A DNA stretch of 32,000 nucleotides from Oceanidesulfovibrio indonesiensis (GCF_007625075.1 NZ_QMIE01000002.1:155873-187872); one strand, 5' to 3'; positions 16,475-24,346 are shown, counted from the stretch's first letter. Notes: a model not told the origin generated them from the letters alone. A program made the numbers and translations.

Positions 16475-16639
16475 ATGCGTGAACTACAGAATTTCAAGGA
16501 CTTGCAGCACGATCTCCCAGCTCTGCCAGCTCGCGGTGCCGGAGGCTGTGAGTCTGCAGACGCCGCCCCCTGCTGAGGCCCGAAAACCGAGTCCGGTTTC
16601 GGGCTCCACGACAAGCCTGGCTATCGCATCGAGCCCTTT
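16475..16639 (+). CDS. Hypothetical N-terminal extension of HgcA requiring TGA 16574-16576 to be read as selenocysteine
   Basis: Same frame as hgcA. ATG 16475 gives MRELQNFKDLQHDLPALPARGAGGCESADAAPC-TGA-GPKTESGFGLHDKPGYRIEPF, then GTG 16640. No canonical start lies between the TGA and 16640. G/C at third positions is 16/21 after the TGA. See findings for counter-evidence. Confidence 0.35.
16577..16605 (+). promoter_or_regulatory. SECIS-like stem-loop directly 3' of the in-frame TGA
   Basis: GCCCGAAAACCG-AGUC-CGGUUUCGGGC: 11 bp with one bulged A (16583) and a 4-nt loop AGUC (16590-16593). It begins 1-2 nt after the TGA. In form it resembles the E. coli fdhF SECIS (bulged U, GGUC loop), but the loop is about 5 nt closer to the UGA. 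Confidence 0.4.
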
Positions 16640-17653
16640 GTGGATGGCTTCCACGAGACCGCCGCAGGGCCGGCGCCGAGAGTGCGCATACGGCCGGAAT
16701 CGAGCGCCGTATGGGGAACGATCAAGGCGCGGTGCGGTCTGCGGACCAACTACAAGGTGACGCCCGGCCTGTATTGCGCGGGCTCGCCCGGGCCGGATTC
16801 GCCGGCGCTCGTCACCTGTAATTACAAGCTCACTTTCGACCACCTCCGTTCGAAACTGGATGGCATCGACGCCTGGATCGTGGTCCTGGACACACATGGC
16901 GTCAACGTCTGGTGCGCGGCGGGCAAGGGGCTCTTCGGAACGGACGAGGCCGTGGAGCGGGTGCGCAGCTGCGGCCTGGACCAGGCTGCGCCGAACGCGC
17001 CGCTGGTGTTCCCGCAGATGGGCGCCACCGGCGTGACCGGCCTGGAGGTAGCCAAACGCACCGGCCGGAAGGTTCATTTCGGTCCGCTCCGCGCAGCCGA
17101 CATCCCCCGATATATCGAGAACGGTTTCAAAGCGGACGAGTCCATGCGCCGGGTGACGTTCTCTCTGGCGGAACGCGCCGTATTGGCTCCGGTGGAATTT
17201 CTGCTTCTGGCCAAACCGCTGGCCTTCGTCGCGCTCGCCATTTTCGCGCTTTCGGGGATCGGCCCCGGTTTCTTCTCGTTGAATGGCGCATGGACACGGG
17301 GGCTGGCCGGATTCGGCGCCACGCTGCTGGCGTGCATGGCCGGCGGGGTGGTCGCGCCCATCCTGCTGCCGTGGCTTCCGGGACGTGCGTTCAGCCTCAA
17401 AGGCGGGCTCACCGGCGCGGTCTCGGGGCTGGCGGCCGTGTGGCTGTGGGCCGGAGGATTAGCAAGCGGAACTGCGCTCCTGTTGTGGTCCATGGCGCTG
17501 AGTTCCTATCTGTGCATGAACTTCACCGGTTCCACGCCTTTCACATCGCCGTCCGGCGTGGAAAAGGAGATGCGGCGGTACATGCCGTGGCAGATCGGCG
17601 CGGCCGGGCTGGCGTGCGTGTTGTGGATAGCCGCGGCTTATCTGGAGAGATGA
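16640..17653 (+). CDS. hgcA: Mercury-methylation corrinoid protein HgcA (core from the first canonical start, GTG 16640; the true start may lie upstream)
   Basis: The diagnostic cap-helix motif GVNVWCAAGKG is present. Also PGLYCAGSPGPDSPALVTCNYKLTFD and a C-terminal domain with about five TM helices. It is followed by hgcB with overlapping stop/start. Confidence 0.93.
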   Translation: MDGFHETAAGPAPRVRIRPESSAVWGTIKARCGLRTNYKVTPGLYCAGSPGPDSPALVTCNYKLTFDHLRSKLDGIDAWIVVLDTHGVNVWCAAGKGLFGTDEAVERVRSCGLDQAAPNAPLVFPQMGATGVTGLEVAKRTGRKVHFGPLRAADIPRYIENGFKADESMRRVTFSLAERAVLAPVEFLLLAKPLAFVALAIFALSGIGPGFFSLNGAWTRGLAGFGATLLACMAGGVVAPILLPWLPGRAFSLKGGLTGAVSGLAAVWLWAGGLASGTALLLWSMALSSYLCMNFTGSTPFTSPSGVEKEMRRYMPWQIGAAGLACVLWIAAAYLER

Positions 17654-17940
17654 TGCGAGATTTCAGGCATTATGATGGCGTAGCCACGCTGAACCTGAAC
17701 GAGGACGCCTGCGTGGGCTGCGGATTGTGTCCGCAACTGTGTCCGCACGGCGTACTGGCGATGGACGGGCGCAAAGCGCACATCGTGGACCTGGACGGCT
17801 GCATGGAATGCGGCGCCTGCGCCAGGAACTGCCCGGCGCAGGCATTGTCCGTAAAGCCGGGCGTGGGATGCGCTGCGTACATCATTCAGGTCTGGCTGCG
17901 GGGCACCAGATACGCCGACGCGAAATTTTCCTGCTGCTGA
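17653..17940 (+). CDS. hgcB: Mercury-methylation ferredoxin HgcB (2x[4Fe-4S])
   Basis: GGAG 5 nt upstream of ATG 17653 (alternative ATG at 17650), overlapping the hgcA stop. Motifs CVGCGLCPQLCP and CMECGACARNCP, a conserved GVGC Cys at residue 73, and a C-terminal vicinal Cys94-Cys95 (..KFSCC*). This numbering equals what I remember for the ND132 protein. Confidence 0.93.
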   Translation: MRDFRHYDGVATLNLNEDACVGCGLCPQLCPHGVLAMDGRKAHIVDLDGCMECGACARNCPAQALSVKPGVGCAAYIIQVWLRGTRYADAKFSCC

Positions 17941-17990
17941 CAGGGGAGCCGTCTGGCAGCCGAAAACGGAAGTGTCTTTGATTTCAATAT

Positions 17991-18034
17991 AAACGCAAGA
18001 GGTTGCGAGTGCATGCTCACAATCCCTTGCGTTT
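17991..18034. terminator. Bidirectional terminator-like structure between convergent hgcB and arsC
   Basis: AAACGCAAG (17991-17999) pairs with CTTGCGTTT (18026-18034). Inner pairing is also possible (GGTTG/CAAtCC, GAG/CTC). It is flanked on both sides by T/A-rich TTTCAATAT. Confidence 0.45.
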
Positions 18035-18115
18035 CAATATGCGAATGCGGTGCTGCAATGAAGAGCAGGCGCCGCCTGCCTCTGCGCTGAACGCTCTGCC
18101 GGACCGCCCGCACCG

Positions 18116-18610
18116 TTATTCGGACGTCGCCCGACCTTTGATGTCCGCCGTGTTCCAGATGCTGTTGAGCCGCCCCTTGTTCGGGTCCTTGTACCAGGCG
18201 ACGAAGTCCTTCATGAGCGCCTTGATCTCGTCGCGTATCTCGCGGACCTTGGCGAGTTTTTCCTCGTGAGAGCCCTCAAGGGTTGACGGGTCCGGGAATG
18301 GCATGTGCAGGCGGTGCGTCATGCCCGGGAAGATGGGGCAACTGCCGCCTTCGGAATCGCTGCACACGGTGATTACGGCGCCGTAGGTATGGCCTTTCTT
18401 GAAGAGCTCGAACACGGACTGGGTCTTTTTGTCCGAAAGATCGACGCCTTCCTCCTCCATGGCCTCGACCACGAGCGGATTGATAACCCCGGGCTCGAAG
18501 CCGGCGCTCTCCGCCGTGATCTCGCCATTCGAGAGCAGTTTGACGTACTCTTCGGCCATCTGGCTGCGTGCGCTGTTGTGAACGCAGACGAACAACACGT
18601 CCTTTTTCAT
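18116..18610 (-). CDS. arsC: Arsenate reductase, LMW-PTP (thioredoxin-coupled) type
   Basis: Internal ATG (18610) of ORF 18116..18670. P-loop VLFVCVHNSARSQMAE and a downstream Cys pair VCSDSEGGSCP. Last gene of the arsR-acr3-arsC unit. Confidence 0.85.
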   Translation of the reverse strand: MKKDVLFVCVHNSARSQMAEEYVKLLSNGEITAESAGFEPGVINPLVVEAMEEEGVDLSDKKTQSVFELFKKGHTYGAVITVCSDSEGGSCPIFPGMTHRLHMPFPDPSTLEGSHEEKLAKVREIRDEIKALMKDFVAWYKDPNKGRLNSIWNTADIKGRATSE

Positions 18611-18635
18611 GCGAATACTCCGTAAGGTTGGTATG

Positions 18636-19742
18636 TCAGGTGGTTTCCGGGGCGGGTTTGCAGGCCACATGGCACACCCCGGCTGGCGTCTCCACGGCGT
18701 ACGGGAAGAACCGGCGCTTGAAGAACAGCGCCACGTTCACCAGCCCGATGAGCACCGGCACCTCCACGAGCGGACCGATGACCGCGGCGAAGGCCACGCC
18801 GGAATCGATGCCGAAGACCGCGATGGCCACGGCGATGGCCAGTTCGAAGTTGTTCGAAGCCGCCGTGAAGGAGAGCGTGGTGGACTGCTCGTAAGTCGCT
18901 CCTGCCTTCATCGAAAGGAAAAAGGAGATGAGGAACATGACGAGGAAGTAGATGCAGAGCGGCACGGCGATATGCAGCACATCGAAGGGCAGTTCCACCA
19001 CCTTGTCGCCCTTGAGCGAGAACATGACGAGGATGGTGAAGAGCAGGAACACGAGCGTGAGCGGACTAATCTTTGGGATGAAGACCTCTTCGTACCACTG
19101 CTGGCCCTTCACCCTGAGCCCGATGAACCGGGACGCCATGCCGGCGATGAAGGGGATGCCGAGATAGATGAACACGGACTCGGCGATCTGGCCCATGGAG
19201 ATGTCCACAACCACGCCTTCCAGGCCGAACCAGCCGGGCAGCACGGTGATGAAGACCCATGCATACACCGAGAAGAAGAGCACCTGGAATATGGAGTTGA
19301 AGGCCACAAGGCCAGCGCAGTATTCGCAGTCTCCCTTGGCAAGGTCGTTCCACACGATGACCATGGCGATGCAGCGGGCCAGGCCGATGAGGATGAGGCC
19401 CACCATGTACTCGTGCTGGCCGGAGAGGAAGGTGATGGCCAGAAGGAACATCAGCACCGGGCCGATGACCCAGTTCTGCACCAGCGAGAGCCCGAGCACC
19501 TTGGCGTTGCGGAAGACATGGCCGAGTCGCTCGTACTTCACCTTGGCCAGCGGCGGGTACATCATGAGAATGAGCCCGATGGCGATGGGGATGTTCGTGG
19601 CGCCCACCTGGAAAGCGTTTATCACGTCCTGTACGCCTGGGGCGAGATAGCCGATACCCACGCCCACGAACATGGCGAGGAAAATCCAGAGGGTCAGGAA
19701 CCGGTCGAGGAACGAAAGTTTTTTGATGACGTTTTCGGACAT
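18636..19742 (-). CDS. acr3: ACR3-family arsenite efflux permease
   Basis: 368 aa. [24 protein letters not shown]...[14 protein letters not shown]... is the typical ACR3 N-terminus, with 10 predicted hydrophobic segments. Confidence 0.9.
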   Translation of the reverse strand: MSENVIKKLSFLDRFLTLWIFLAMFVGVGIGYLAPGVQDVINAFQVGATNIPIAIGLILMMYPPLAKVKYERLGHVFRNAKVLGLSLVQNWVIGPVLMFLLAITFLSGQHEYMVGLILIGLARCIAMVIVWNDLAKGDCEYCAGLVAFNSIFQVLFFSVYAWVFITVLPGWFGLEGVVVDISMGQIAESVFIYLGIPFIAGMASRFIGLRVKGQQWYEEVFIPKISPLTLVFLLFTILVMFSLKGDKVVELPFDVLHIAVPLCIYFLVMFLISFFLSMKAGATYEQSTTLSFTAASNNFELAIAVAIAVFGIDSGVAFAAVIGPLVEVPVLIGLVNVALFFKRRFFPYAVETPAGVCHVACKPAPETT

Positions 19743-19762
19743 TGTTGCTTCCTTTGATGGAA

Positions 19763-20128
19763 TTAATCACATTTCGCGGCGTCTTTCGTTTCGAAATGGT
19801 GACGAAGTCGCGATTCGTCTCCTCGGGCTTCAGGGAAATCGTGCAACGGCGAACCGGGGCCGGTGAGCATCTCCGCCACGCTGCCCGCCAAGTGGGAGTC
19901 CTGCTCGGCAAGGCGGTAGTACATCCACTTGCCGCCGCGCCGGCCGGCAACGAGTCCGGCATGCCGGAGCGTGGCGAGATGACGGGAGACGGTGGACTGC
20001 GGCATGTCCAGAGCGGCCATGATGTCGCAAACGCACAGCTCCCCGTGAGTCAGGCAGCGCAGAATGCGTAGCCTGGTGGGATCGGCCAGAGCCTTGAAGA
20101 AAAATGCGAGGGTTTCCATGTCGTTCAT
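19763..20128 (-). CDS. arsR: ArsR/SmtB-family metalloregulator with an ELCVCD As(III)-type site
   Basis: Internal ATG 20128 (or 20119) of ORF 19763..20284. [31 protein letters not shown]...[17 protein letters not shown]. Confidence 0.88.
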   Translation of the reverse strand: MNDMETLAFFFKALADPTRLRILRCLTHGELCVCDIMAALDMPQSTVSRHLATLRHAGLVAGRRGGKWMYYRLAEQDSHLAGSVAEMLTGPGSPLHDFPEARGDESRLRHHFETKDAAKCD

Positions 20129-20256
20129 TATAGTATGCGCCTTCCGGGATGGTTCTCTGGAGCGTCGTGCGCTCAAGATGGGCGTGGCACCTGCCGTGGC
20201 TGCAGATACGTGTCCCGCCCACAAGCGCCCGGAGAAGTAAAGCCGTTTATCGCATG

Positions 20257-20284
20257 ATTGTATCCGCTTATGCGGATTTGTCAA
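20257..20284 (-). promoter_or_regulatory. Near-consensus sigma70 promoter with a palindrome in its spacer (candidate ars promoter and ArsR operator)
   Basis: The minus strand reads TTGACA-aATCCGCataaGCGGAt-TACAAT (16-nt spacer). The inverted repeat is ATCCGC-N4-GCGGAT at 20262-20277. It lies about 130-155 nt upstream of the arsR ATG. Confidence 0.5.
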
Positions 20285-20332
20285 TGGTGTGTGTAAAGAA
20301 AGACGGCCCTCTATGCGAACGCACTTATCGCC

Positions 20333-21226
20333 TCAGCCGACAAAATCTACCAGATACTTCAAAGCCGTAAGAATGACGACGGTGGCGAGCATCCACTTGA
20401 GCGCCTGAGCGGGTACGAACTTCTGGAGGCGGGCGCCGCAGTAGGTTCCGGCCAGCCCGCCGATGCCGAAAAGAAGCCCGAGGACCCAGTCCGGCGCTAC
20501 GGAGAGATGCGGATAGAACGGCGCCAGGGCTTGATAGAACGCCACCCCGGCCACGGACGTGGCGAAGGTCGCCATGAGCGTGACGCCGGCGATGGTGTGC
20601 ACCGGAAGACCGATAATGGCCACGAGGAACGGCGCCATGATCGCGCCGCCGCCGATGCCGTAGGTTCCTCCCAAGATTCCCACGACGAGGCTCAGGGCAA
20701 AGACCGTGCGCGGCGAGCAACTGTACTTTTGGCCCTGGTACTCGTACGCGATGCTCCGCATGCACGTCTGCAGGACGTGGACTCGCGCGGACCGCGCTCC
20801 AGTTTCTCCGGCGCTGTGCTGTCCGCGTCGTTCGGCAAGCAGATTGCGCACCATCCGAGCGCCGATGAGCAGCAAGACCAGAGCGGCGAACGCCTTGAAG
20901 GACGCAGCATCCGGCAGCAAGGCAACCCGGATGATTGCCCCCGCGAAAACTCCGGGCAACGTTCCGGCGAGAACGGTCCAGGCCAGGGGCCAGACCATGC
21001 GTCCTTCGCGCACGTACTGGTACACGCCGCCGGGCGTGGCGACCACGTTGAAGAGCTGGTTCGTGGCGCTTACGGAAGGAGCGGTGTAGCCTAGAACAGA
21101 CATCTGGAACGGCAGGAGCAGAAACGCCCCGGACACGCCGCCCATGGACGTGACCAGGGAGATGCCGAATGCGACGGCGACCGGAATCCAGGGCGCGACT
21201 TCGATGCCCGCGGCTGGGAAGTGCAT
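20333..21226 (-). CDS. TauE/SafE-family anion (sulfite-type) exporter
   Basis: 297-aa membrane protein. GISLVTSMGGVSGAFLLLPF...GGTYGIGGGAIMAPFLV... shows the duplicated TauE/SafE pattern. Confidence 0.8.
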   Translation of the reverse strand: MHFPAAGIEVAPWIPVAVAFGISLVTSMGGVSGAFLLLPFQMSVLGYTAPSVSATNQLFNVVATPGGVYQYVREGRMVWPLAWTVLAGTLPGVFAGAIIRVALLPDAASFKAFAALVLLLIGARMVRNLLAERRGQHSAGETGARSARVHVLQTCMRSIAYEYQGQKYSCSPRTVFALSLVVGILGGTYGIGGGAIMAPFLVAIIGLPVHTIAGVTLMATFATSVAGVAFYQALAPFYPHLSVAPDWVLGLLFGIGGLAGTYCGARLQKFVPAQALKWMLATVVILTALKYLVDFVG

Positions 21227-21418
21227 GCTGATTCTCTATACCTTGGTGGGGGGTATTTCAACCGGCAAAGCAATAGCCTGACGCCATAACGACTGCAGGT
21301 CGGACAGAACCTCGGTCGTACGGGAGCATGGAAGAAGCTTCAGGCAGGAAGATTGTACCGTCGCAGGAGAAGAGGAGTGAGGCGTTTGCCGCTCCAGCCA
21401 ATAGCAACGCAGTGCCCA

Positions 21419-21745
21419 TTAACGCCGCTTGGCGTGCAGGACCGTATCCACGCAATGGAAGAAGTTCAGAACGCACGGAAGCTTGAGGCGGTACCACGAC
21501 CATTTGCCGCGGCGCTCGTCTTCCACGATGCCGGCTTTCTTGAGCTGTGAAAGGTGCTTGGACACGGTGGAGATGTCCGCGCCGACAAGCTCGGTGAGGT
21601 CGCAGACGCACCGTTCGCCGCGCGATAACTCGTCCAGAATGAGCAAGCGGGAAGGATGGGCAAGCGCCTTCATGATGCGCGCGCGTTCCTCGAAAAAGGA
21701 TTTATCGGTCCGGGGAGTGAGGTCGAGCATGGGCATTCCTGGCAT
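21419..21745 (-). CDS. Second ArsR/SmtB-family regulator (CVCD site)
   Basis: Internal ATGs at 21745, 21736 and 21730 of ORF 21419..21874, so the start is uncertain. IMKALAHPSRLLILDELSRGERCVCDLTELV...STVSKHLSQLKKAGIV. Confidence 0.85.
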   Translation of the reverse strand: MPGMPMLDLTPRTDKSFFEERARIMKALAHPSRLLILDELSRGERCVCDLTELVGADISTVSKHLSQLKKAGIVEDERRGKWSWYRLKLPCVLNFFHCVDTVLHAKRR

Positions 21746-21764
21746 CTGTCGAAGGGATGGTTGC

Positions 21765-21793
21765 AATTTGCGCCAAATGTAAACGCGTGTCAA
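21765..21793 (-). promoter_or_regulatory. Candidate promoter and operator of the second arsR
   Basis: The minus strand reads TTGACA-N17-CAAATT. The inverted repeat ATTTG-GCG-CAAAT (21766-21778) overlaps the -10 element. Confidence 0.3.
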
Positions 21794-21891
21794 ACGTTCA
21801 GTTCCTTCCGCTCGAGTGTTGAAACTCCGTGCAGCATAACTGCTGCTCGTGGGCAGGATACGGATGGTTGCCACGGACAGTCGGGCTAATG

Positions 21892-23331
21892 CTACTCCGT
21901 TGCAGGCTTGGCCTTTTCATGTCGTTTGTCCAAAACATTGGACTCGCCCTCCCGGGCCGCCTCGGCGCGGTCCTCCTGTATCTGCTCGTCCAGAAACGTC
22001 TCGCGGCTCACGTCGGCGCGTCGGGCCGACGCAGCGATATCTTCGGGACGTTTAGGCATTTCGTGTTTTTCCTCGGTTGCGACATCTTCACGCAGCAGGT
22101 GTATGTCCTGACGCGGGGCCGGCATGGCTACGCCGGCCGCATCCAGCGCCTCCTTCACGATGCGGATTGCTTCGCTCTGCACCTTGAGAAATTCATGCGC
22201 GCGCTGGTCCACCCAGCCGTGGAAGCGCACGATCACGGCGAAGTCGCTCAGAGACTCCACGCGCATGAACGGTCCCGGATTGCCCATCACGCCAGGCAGC
22301 AATGCCAGGGCCCGGCAACCGATGCGCTGCACCTCGCTCAGGTCCTCGTCGCCGCCGATTCCAACGGTGAAACTGAATCCGCGCAACGGGTTTCGCGTAA
22401 AGTTGATGATTACGCTTTCAAAGACAAAGGCGTTCGGCAGGCGCAAGTGGTTGCCGTCCAGGGTCATCAGCACGAGCTCGCGGGAGTTCATGCGCACCAC
22501 GCTGCCGGCGTGGCCTCCCACGTCCACGAAGTCGTCCACGGTGAACGGAGAGCGCAACGAGAGCAATATGCCGGCCAGATAGTTTTCCATGATGTCGCGG
22601 AAAGCGAACCCCACCGTCAGACCGAATAGGCCGGCCGCGCCGAGCACGGCGCCGGCCACGGCGGTGAGTCCCAATACTTCCAGCGCGGCGAGCAAGCCAA
22701 GGGCGAACACGGCCAGACCGAGGATCCGATGCAGGGAGCTGGCGAGCAGCGGGTTCCTGGTGAACCGACGGCCCACCCCACGCGATCGGGCAAGACCGAC
22801 TGCGAGCAGGACAAAGAGCAGCAGCACGACAAGTGCGATGACCAGGGCCGGGATGACCGCGAGCGTGTTGGACCAGAGCTCGTTCAGCGTGCGCCACAGG
22901 AAGCTGATGCGCGTAGCTGCCGCGGTGTTCAGGGTCACTTCGTCCACCACATGGACAACCCCGTCCAGTTTACGGGCAACCTCGAGGGCGGTTTCGCGAG
23001 TCGCGGCGTCCTCCGCCTCGGCCGAGAGCCAGACAACGCCGTCCTGCACGCGAACAGCCACGGTGTCGACGCCATCCATGCCGGCAAGAATGCGTTCCAG
23101 CCTGGCGCGCAGCGCTTCGTCCTCGGCAGATGGCTCCGCAGGAGCGGAGGGGACGGCATTCGGGTCAGCTGGATCGTCCGTTACCTGCGCCGGAGTATCG
23201 TCAGGCGACTGCGGTTCTGACGGTGTTTGCGCGGCTGTCGCTCCGATACACAGCGTCAGCAGCAGGACCACGGCAAGGGCGAGAACGAGTCCGGAACTGC
23301 AGGGGAGAGGTGTGGTGGCGTGTAGTCGCAT
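21892..23331 (-). CDS. MscS-family mechanosensitive channel with an N-terminal signal and a periplasmic BON-like domain
   Basis: 479 aa. It has an N-terminal hydrophobic signal, a BON-like segment (GVDTVAVRVQDGVVWLSAEA...), TM helices, and an MscS beta-domain (VDVGGHAGSVVRMNSRELVLMTLDGNHLRLPN). Confidence 0.85.
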   Translation of the reverse strand: MRLHATTPLPCSSGLVLALAVVLLLTLCIGATAAQTPSEPQSPDDTPAQVTDDPADPNAVPSAPAEPSAEDEALRARLERILAGMDGVDTVAVRVQDGVVWLSAEAEDAATRETALEVARKLDGVVHVVDEVTLNTAAATRISFLWRTLNELWSNTLAVIPALVIALVVLLLFVLLAVGLARSRGVGRRFTRNPLLASSLHRILGLAVFALGLLAALEVLGLTAVAGAVLGAAGLFGLTVGFAFRDIMENYLAGILLSLRSPFTVDDFVDVGGHAGSVVRMNSRELVLMTLDGNHLRLPNAFVFESVIINFTRNPLRGFSFTVGIGGDEDLSEVQRIGCRALALLPGVMGNPGPFMRVESLSDFAVIVRFHGWVDQRAHEFLKVQSEAIRIVKEALDAAGVAMPAPRQDIHLLREDVATEEKHEMPKRPEDIAASARRADVSRETFLDEQIQEDRAEAAREGESNVLDKRHEKAKPATE

Positions 23332-23488
23332 GGTGGGCGCTCGCTGTAACGATGGAAAGATCGGGTACTGATACGCTGATTATTCTAGCGCATTTTCGAA
23401 CCCAGTGCGAGCTTGCACCGTGCATGCTCTTCCAGCTATAGACCGGGTGCCGCTTCGGCGGTGCAATTCCCTTTTGGAGCCGACGAAA

Positions 23489-24346
23489 ATGGATCTGAAG
23501 AACATCGCCAGACTCCGGGTGACCTGCCCGGACAAGCCCGGCATCATCGCCGCAGTCACCTCGTTTCTGCACCACCACGGCGCGAACATCACCGCTCTGG
23601 ACCAGCACGCCACCGAGCCCTACGGCGGCACGCTCTATCTGCGCCTGGAATTCCAGACTCCGAACCTGGACGTCTCCGGTCCGGCCTTGGAGCGTGCTTT
23701 TCAGGATGTGGTGGCGACGCCGTTCGACATGGCCTGGGACATAACCTACGGCCGAAACACGAAACGCATGGCCATTCTGGTCTCGCGGCAGGAGCACTGT
23801 CTCATGGAGCTGCTCTGGCGGTTCGCGCGCGGAGAGCTGCCCTGCGAGGTGACCATGGTGGTCTCCAACCACCCGGACCAGCGCGAGGCCGTGGAGAATT
23901 TCGGTATTCCGTACCACTACGTGCCCGTGGACGGCGACAAGCCTGCGGCCGAAGCGCGGATGCTTGAAATTCTGGACGGGCAGACCGATCTCGTGGTTCT
24001 TGCGCGGTACATGCAGATACTCTCCGAGTCCTTCGTGGGCCACTTTCCCAACCGCATCATCAACATACACCATTCGTTTCTGCCGGCCTTTGCCGGGGCG
24101 GACCCGTATCGGCAGGCGTACGAACGCGGGGTCAAGCTCATAGGCGCCACGGCGCATTACGTCACGCCTGAGCTGGACGCCGGGCCGATCATTGAGCAGG
24201 ACGTGACTCGCGTGTCCCACCGCCATTCCGTGGAGGAACTGCGCGCCATAGGCCGTGACCTGGAGCGGCAGGTGCTGGCCCGCGCCGTGGCGTGCCACCT
24301 GGACGACAAGATTATCGTGAGCGGCAACAAGACCTGGGTGTTCTAG
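23489..24346 (+). CDS. purU: Formyltetrahydrofolate deformylase
   Basis: Internal ATG 23489 of ORF 23405..24346. N-terminal ACT domain (RVTCPDKPGIIAAVTSFL) and a formyltransferase core (IINIHHSFLPAF.GA.PY.QA, GATAHYVT.ELDAGPII.Q). Confidence 0.92.
   Translation: MDLKNIARLRVTCPDKPGIIAAVTSFLHHHGANITALDQHATEPYGGTLYLRLEFQTPNLDVSGPALERAFQDVVATPFDMAWDITYGRNTKRMAILVSRQEHCLMELLWRFARGELPCEVTMVVSNHPDQREAVENFGIPYHYVPVDGDKPAAEARMLEILDGQTDLVVLARYMQILSESFVGHFPNRIINIHHSFLPAFAGADPYRQAYERGVKLIGATAHYVTPELDAGPIIEQDVTRVSHRHSVEELRAIGRDLERQVLARAVACHLDDKIIVSGNKTWVF

Noticed and set aside
18609-19757. 382-aa plus-strand ORF extremely rich in His/Asp/Glu/Gly (looks like a metal-binding protein)
   Set aside because: It is exactly antisense to the ACR3 permease, whose identity is clear. 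The HDE-rich composition is the complement of codons for hydrophobic residues (Val/Leu/Ile/Met/Phe).
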